This document shows positions 58,988-64,000 of a stretch of 64,000 nucleotides of DNA, in pieces. Location: NCBI GenBank assembly GCA_965224195.1, contig OZ245040.1, positions 1,184,001-1,248,000 of the forward strand. Reading direction: 5' to 3'. The position numbers and the translations under genes are program-made. A model generated the notes under the pieces. It saw only the letters and a program-made list of their open reading frames with translations. It ran no database searches and had not been told where the DNA came from. This stretch comes from Nitrosopumilus sp. GTDB lineage: Archaea; Thermoproteota; Nitrososphaeria; Nitrososphaerales; Nitrosopumilaceae. The stretch's first letter is position 1; every line of letters begins with the position of its first letter.

Positions 58988-60237
58988 GTTTTAATTTTCT
59001 CAATTCTGATTTTTTTAGGTATATTTTTTGAAACTTTTTCTACAATAATTCTTAGTTCATCTATCTCTACTTTATCCCCTTCTTGTGGGATGTCTTGCAA
59101 TCTTTCATGTAATAGTCCATTAAGTGATGCATAGTCGTCACCTTCTGGAACTTTGGTTTTAAAGATTTCATTAATTTTATCAATTTCAATATCCCCATTT
59201 GTAACAATTGTATCTTGATCAATTCTTTCAAAACCTGCTTGTCTGGTCAAGTCTGTTTCATCTTCAATTTCTCCAACTATTTCTTCTAGAAGATCTTCTA
59301 ACGTGACTAACCCTTCTACACCGCCGTGTTCATCAACTACAATAGCCATGTGTGTCTTTCGACCTTTCATTTCTTTTAACAATTCACTTACCATTTTTTC
59401 TTGAGATGCAAATACTGGTTCTCTTGCAATTTTTTCAAGACTAGTCATTTTATTATCTTTTTCTAGTTCTTTGAGGACATCCCTTACATGAATAAATCCA
59501 ACAATATCGTCACTGGTATCTCCATAAATTGGAATTCTTGAATGTCCCATTTGATTAATCTGAGGTAGTGCTTCAAAAAGCAACGTTTTAGAATTTAATG
59601 TAAACATCTTTGTTCGAGGTGTCATTACTGAACGAATTACTGTGTCATCAAATTTTAAAGCACCATGAACTAATTCCATTTCATCTTTTTCTAATGCTTT
59701 TTCTTCCAATCCTTGATCAATCACTCCTTTGATTTCTTCTTCTGTGATTGGTGGTGGTGTGGAGCTACTCCCAGTCATTTTTACCACTCCTCTCGTAATT
59801 ATTTCAAAAAATTTCACTATTGGATAGAATACATAACTAAATGCAAGTAGTACTGGTGCATACCTTAATGCAATTTTTGTTGAATTTGCATTACAATATG
59901 TTTTTGGAGTTATCTCTCCGAATACTAGAATTAAAAAGGTCATTATTCCAACAGCAATTCCTAATCCATCATCTCCAAATAATCTAATTGCTAGACTTGT
60001 TGCAAGAGCTGATGCTCCTACGTTTACAAGATTATTTCCAAGATTTACACTAGACATCATCCAGCTAGGATTCATTTTTAATTTGTGAAGAGCTTTTGAA
60101 CCTTTTTTACCTTCATTAAATAATTGAACAACTTTGGATTTTCTTACACCTACAAGTGCTACTTCCAACCCACTGAAAAATCCAGATAATCCAATGAGAA
60201 CAGATAGAGTTACGATTTCTACCCATAAATCTACCAT
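58984..60237 (-). CDS. CNNM/DUF21-CBS-CorC (hemolysin-family) protein
   Basis: FFSGLEVAL, GNNLVN, FGEITPK, VMTPR, HSRIPIY, VVDEHGG, LEEIVGEIEDE. Confidence 0.92.
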   Translation of the reverse strand: MVDLWVEIVTLSVLIGLSGFFSGLEVALVGVRKSKVVQLFNEGKKGSKALHKLKMNPSWMMSSVNLGNNLVNVGASALATSLAIRLFGDDGLGIAVGIMTFLILVFGEITPKTYCNANSTKIALRYAPVLLAFSYVFYPIVKFFEIITRGVVKMTGSSSTPPPITEEEIKGVIDQGLEEKALEKDEMELVHGALKFDDTVIRSVMTPRTKMFTLNSKTLLFEALPQINQMGHSRIPIYGDTSDDIVGFIHVRDVLKELEKDNKMTSLEKIAREPVFASQEKMVSELLKEMKGRKTHMAIVVDEHGGVEGLVTLEDLLEEIVGEIEDETDLTRQAGFERIDQDTIVTNGDIEIDKINEIFKTKVPEGDDYASLNGLLHERLQDIPQEGDKVEIDELRIIVEKVSKNIPKKIRIEKIKT

Positions 60238-60372
60238 GATATTCTCCTTGGAAATTTCTTAGAACAATTATAATAATTACACATTTAGTTTTTTTGCACC
60301 ATCTTTGGCTGTAGTTTATTTGTAAAACATGGATTTAACTCTTAAGATAAAAATTCCTGAGCCTAATTAAGG

Positions 60373-61710
60373 CTAATTTTTAGGAGGAATTGCAAATTTG
60401 TTCTCAGAATTTCTATGATAGTCTACCGGGATCATGGCATCTTTTTGTCTACCTGTAAGTATGCCAACAACAACATCGTCTTTTTTGATTGTTCCTTCAT
60501 TGATTAGTTTCTTAATTCCGACTACTGTTGCACCTGAAGCCATTTCACAATCAAACCCATTTAGACCAACTACAGACATTCCATCTAACATTTCAGAATC
60601 CGAAACAGTTGTTGCAACACCATTTGTAAATTCTAATGCCCGTAAGCCTTTCAAAATATTTGCAGGTCTACCAATTTGTATTGCAGTAGCTTTTGTTTTA
60701 GGTCTTAGTCCTTCTTTATCTAAATGATCATAATATCTTGAAATTAATTCTGTATTTGGATTACCATCATTCCATCTTAATTCTTTATTTTCAAATTTAC
60801 CGTTGTACAAATCAGATAATGTACTTGCACCTTCAGAATTTATCACTGCAATTCTTGGAATTTTTTTAATCCATCCCCATTCATGTAATTCCATTAATGC
60901 TTTACCGCAACTTGAAATGTTTCCAAGGGCTCCTCCTGGATATACTAACCAATCAGGTGTTTCCCAGTTCAAATATTCTAAAGCTCTGATTGGAATTGTT
61001 TTTTGACCTTCAATTCTAAATGGATTAACTGAATTAACTGTATACCCGTCATGATTTTGCGCATCATCTAATGATTGTTTTAATGCATCATCAAAATTAC
61101 CATCCACTTCTACAATCTGTGCCCCAAATTGGTATGCTTGACTAAGTTTTCCCGGAGCTATTTGACCTGCAGGGATATACACATCACAGTTTATTCCTTC
61201 ATTTGCTGCAAACATTCCAGCTGATGCAGATGTGTTTCCAGTTGACGCACAAACAATTTTTTTGGCACCTATCATTTTTGCATGTGTTACCGCAGCTGCC
61301 ATCCCGTTATCTTTGAATGAACCACTAGGATTGTATCCTTCAGGTTGTAGCCATAGATTTTCATTTGGAATTCCTATAAAATCGGCAGCTTTTGACATGT
61401 GATATGGTTTGGATTGTCTCCCTTCTGCTCCATCTAATGATACTAGGTATTTTGAACACTCCTCAACATTTTCAGTATCAATTTGACAAAAATTTAATAA
61501 TTCTCTAAATCTCCAAACCCCACTCTCGTTGAAAATACTTCCTTCAGAATTCCTTCTTTTGTAAAAAACTTCTTTTAGTTCTGGTGGTGGTTTGTTTTTG
61601 TATTTTACATCTAATAGGTGGCCTTTCTCACATTGAACAGATGTATGTTCAATTGGATATTCAATCCCACATTGTGGATTAATACATTTGAGATAGGCAT
61701 CTCCTTGCAT
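60373..61710 (-). CDS. thrC: Threonine synthase
   Basis: NPSGSFKDNG, CASTGNTSAS, NSVNPFRIEGQKT, ATAIQIG. Confidence 0.93.
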   Translation of the reverse strand: MQGDAYLKCINPQCGIEYPIEHTSVQCEKGHLLDVKYKNKPPPELKEVFYKRRNSEGSIFNESGVWRFRELLNFCQIDTENVEECSKYLVSLDGAEGRQSKPYHMSKAADFIGIPNENLWLQPEGYNPSGSFKDNGMAAAVTHAKMIGAKKIVCASTGNTSASAGMFAANEGINCDVYIPAGQIAPGKLSQAYQFGAQIVEVDGNFDDALKQSLDDAQNHDGYTVNSVNPFRIEGQKTIPIRALEYLNWETPDWLVYPGGALGNISSCGKALMELHEWGWIKKIPRIAVINSEGASTLSDLYNGKFENKELRWNDGNPNTELISRYYDHLDKEGLRPKTKATAIQIGRPANILKGLRALEFTNGVATTVSDSEMLDGMSVVGLNGFDCEMASGATVVGIKKLINEGTIKKDDVVVGILTGRQKDAMIPVDYHRNSENKFAIPPKN

Positions 61711-61815
61711 AATAATTTTAGATAATTAATGATAATTTAAAGGAAATCTTGTAAAAATTGTTTGAGCTTAGCCATATTTGCTAAACTTTAGATTGGATGT
61801 ATATCCATTACAAAT

Positions 61816-62190
61816 GTGGTTACATATAATGAACATCTTAAGAAGATTCTTTCTCAAACTCTTGAATCATACAATACTCTTAGAGAAATTCAAGATAAGC
61901 CTGGTGATCTTGATAATATTAAGAAAGAAATGTTAAAAATTAACGGGTTTCTCAAGGTGGCAACTAACAATATCGATGAGTACAAAATTAGCCATTCTGA
62001 TTTTAAAACATTAAAATCTAAATTTAGTCATTATTTGGAAAATTATTTTTTTGAAAAAGAAATTGAAACCATGGCCCCATTATATTCAAATGATATACAT
62101 CGAGTAAAAAATATGAGATTAAAAATTATTGAAGCATTAGAAGATAAAAAAATGATTGATAGTATGGACGATTTGATAGAAAAGCTATGA
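61816..62190 (+). CDS. Conserved hypothetical protein
   Basis: 124-aa helical ORF. Confidence 0.6.
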   Translation: MVTYNEHLKKILSQTLESYNTLREIQDKPGDLDNIKKEMLKINGFLKVATNNIDEYKISHSDFKTLKSKFSHYLENYFFEKEIETMAPLYSNDIHRVKNMRLKIIEALEDKKMIDSMDDLIEKL

Positions 62191-62482
62191 CTAGTGAAAA
62201 GAAATGTATTCTATGTGGTTGTCGTGATCATAAACTTTTTGGATGTAATAGACACATGTCAAAAAAATGCAGTTGTTTTAAAAAGAATAATTAATTTTAT
62301 TTTCGTTTTGGTCCAGATCTTTCATGAAAATTCAAACAGCATTTACATTCTTTTTCACGACATTCTGCTTCACTATGATGACCGCAGATTCCACATTCAC
62401 AGCTATTTGACATGATATTGATTGTATGATTTAGAATATAATTTATCTACCAATTTTTTATGAGTTTAAGGTCAAAATGGGA

Positions 62483-62794
62483 CTATTTTTTTGATTTTGA
62501 TTTTTTTACAGGTTTATCTTCTAATTCTTTTTTAATTTCATCAGCTTTATGGTCTACGGCTTTAATGATTTCTTGAATAATTCCATCCAAATCACTATCT
62601 TCAGCTTCTGGCTCCATAGTACTTGCAATTTCTGTAATGGTATTAGAAATCTCAGAACTTACATCTTCAAAACTTTCAGGATCTTCATATGCTGCATTAT
62701 AGAGATCTTTTAGATTATTTACATGGCCGATTACTTGATCAGTTAATACAATTTTGTAATCAGTACCATTCACTTGGAATTCTTTAGAACTCAT
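62483..62794 (-). CDS. Acidic hypothetical protein
   Basis: 103-aa ORF. Confidence 0.6.
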   Translation of the reverse strand: MSSKEFQVNGTDYKIVLTDQVIGHVNNLKDLYNAAYEDPESFEDVSSEISNTITEIASTMEPEAEDSDLDGIIQEIIKAVDHKADEIKKELEDKPVKKSKSKK

Positions 62795-62860
62795 ATTGCT
62801 TTTTCAATATCTTTTGTTTATAATGTTTTCAGCTAAATTATTCACATTGTGGATAGACAA

Positions 62861-63325
62861 TCAAAATAATATGTAATCTAACGCTGAAGCATCGCTAATT
62901 AATCTAGTATGTTTTGATCCTACAACATACCCGTTTTTGATATCACTTGCAGGTATCCATCTGTTTGTAGAGGAGTAATGTCTTTTTTCAGATATTTCCC
63001 TTTCAATTGCTTCAATATCAAATTCTGCCTCTTCAACCTGTTGAGTTGTTAGATGTTTGATAGTCACCATAATTTTTGTAACTTTTACTCGATCACCAAA
63101 CTTCCATTTTAGTACGGGGTTTTCATCAGAAACTTCCAATACTTTGATCTTCATCTGTTTTTTACCAAATGCATCATGACTGATTAGTGCTCTCTCATCG
63201 GTAAATTCTTCAAAACTTATTCTTGAATTAACTTCAGCATCAGAGACGGTTTCAAGTAAAGACTCTATTTTATTTTCAGATGATTCTTTATTGATATTAT
63301 CCTCAGACATACATCTGCTTGGCAT
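62861..63325 (-). CDS. Conserved hypothetical protein
   Basis: 154-aa ORF. Confidence 0.6.
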   Translation of the reverse strand: MPSRCMSEDNINKESSENKIESLLETVSDAEVNSRISFEEFTDERALISHDAFGKKQMKIKVLEVSDENPVLKWKFGDRVKVTKIMVTIKHLTTQQVEEAEFDIEAIEREISEKRHYSSTNRWIPASDIKNGYVVGSKHTRLISDASALDYILF

Positions 63326-63360
63326 CTTTTACTTAAAAACGATTTGAAGATAAATTGACG

Positions 63361-63927
63361 TTAGGCACTAGTTCTTTGTTTTGTTTTAAAGGGCATTTTA
63401 CATTCCTCTAGAAAAAGTTCTTTTCTAGTACCATCTATTTTTGCAAAAAATTTCCCTTCATACATACATACACAGTCAGTAATTTCTAATGATTCATCCC
63501 ATATTTTGAAATATTCTCTTAATTCTCTACTTTCATATTTTCCAATATCAATTCTTTTTTTAGAAAGAAATTTGAATGCCAGTAATACTTTTCTTTTTTT
63601 GTAAATATCAAAAGTCTTGGTCCAATCTAAACAACGTTCAATTTGATCAAAAGGCACAGGTAATGATGTACTAGTTCCTGATTTTGCTTCTATTGCAAAA
63701 ATTGTACTTTCATTCGTATTTACGGCCAACACATCAGGTAATGCAATACTTGGTGAACCTAATCTGAATGCCCTCCATTGATCAGATCCATTGAATCGCT
63801 TTACAATAGTATCTTCCCAGTGATATCCTCGTTGTCTTCGTATTCGTGCAGATTTTTTGGTATCTTTGTTAATTTGAGGTGTTTTTTCTTCTTGAATTGT
63901 AATTGAACCTGACTTTCTTTTCAACAT
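63361..63927 (-). CDS. Hjc-like PD-(D/E)XK resolvase
   Basis: RGYHWEDTIV...RAFRLGS...LPDVLAV...FAIEAKS...QIERC. Confidence 0.8.
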   Translation of the reverse strand: MLKRKSGSITIQEEKTPQINKDTKKSARIRRQRGYHWEDTIVKRFNGSDQWRAFRLGSPSIALPDVLAVNTNESTIFAIEAKSGTSTSLPVPFDQIERCLDWTKTFDIYKKRKVLLAFKFLSKKRIDIGKYESRELREYFKIWDESLEITDCVCMYEGKFFAKIDGTRKELFLEECKMPFKTKQRTSA

Positions 63928-64000
63928 ATTATTTTATCTTCTTCTGTATAGTAAAGAAGGTAATTAGACAATAACCTGTTAAAAAATATGGTTAACAGAT

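Overview
AT-rich archaeal window whose gene set (PEFG-CTERM cupredoxin, PurP, type II GAPDH, DUF6659, lysine/alanine-rich basic protein) points to a Nitrosopumilus-like thaumarchaeote. The many stops, frameshifts and IS copies suggest a host-associated lineage; that is inference. The core backbone carries purP, ubiX, tatA/tatC, purS/Q/L/F/C, a CBS-TrkH transporter, gap, a CNNM protein, thrC and an Hjc-like resolvase. An accessory region (~36.6-56.7 kb) holds an apparently intact type I-G (I-U) interference operon (cas3 with C-terminal HD, cas8g/csx17, cas7g/csb1, csb2) and a second, diverged Cas5-half-only csb2 paralogue. No cas1, cas2, cas4 or canonical CRISPR array is visible. Instead there are two repeat-insert-repeat elements of CRISPR-like size (30+39+30 bp at 44750-44848, 39+34+39 bp at 54977-55088). 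The same region has a NucS-like nuclease, an Mrr pseudogene, modular membrane proteins, an SBP-Cache fusion and decayed transposases. Elsewhere: two near-identical inverted 992-bp IS5-like copies with C-N6-G target duplications, a 16x21-bp perfect tandem repeat, three copies of a 28-bp palindrome, a likely structured ncRNA at 15200-15292 and a tRNA-Ala-like 3' fragment. All assignments come from reading motifs by eye; no database searches were run.
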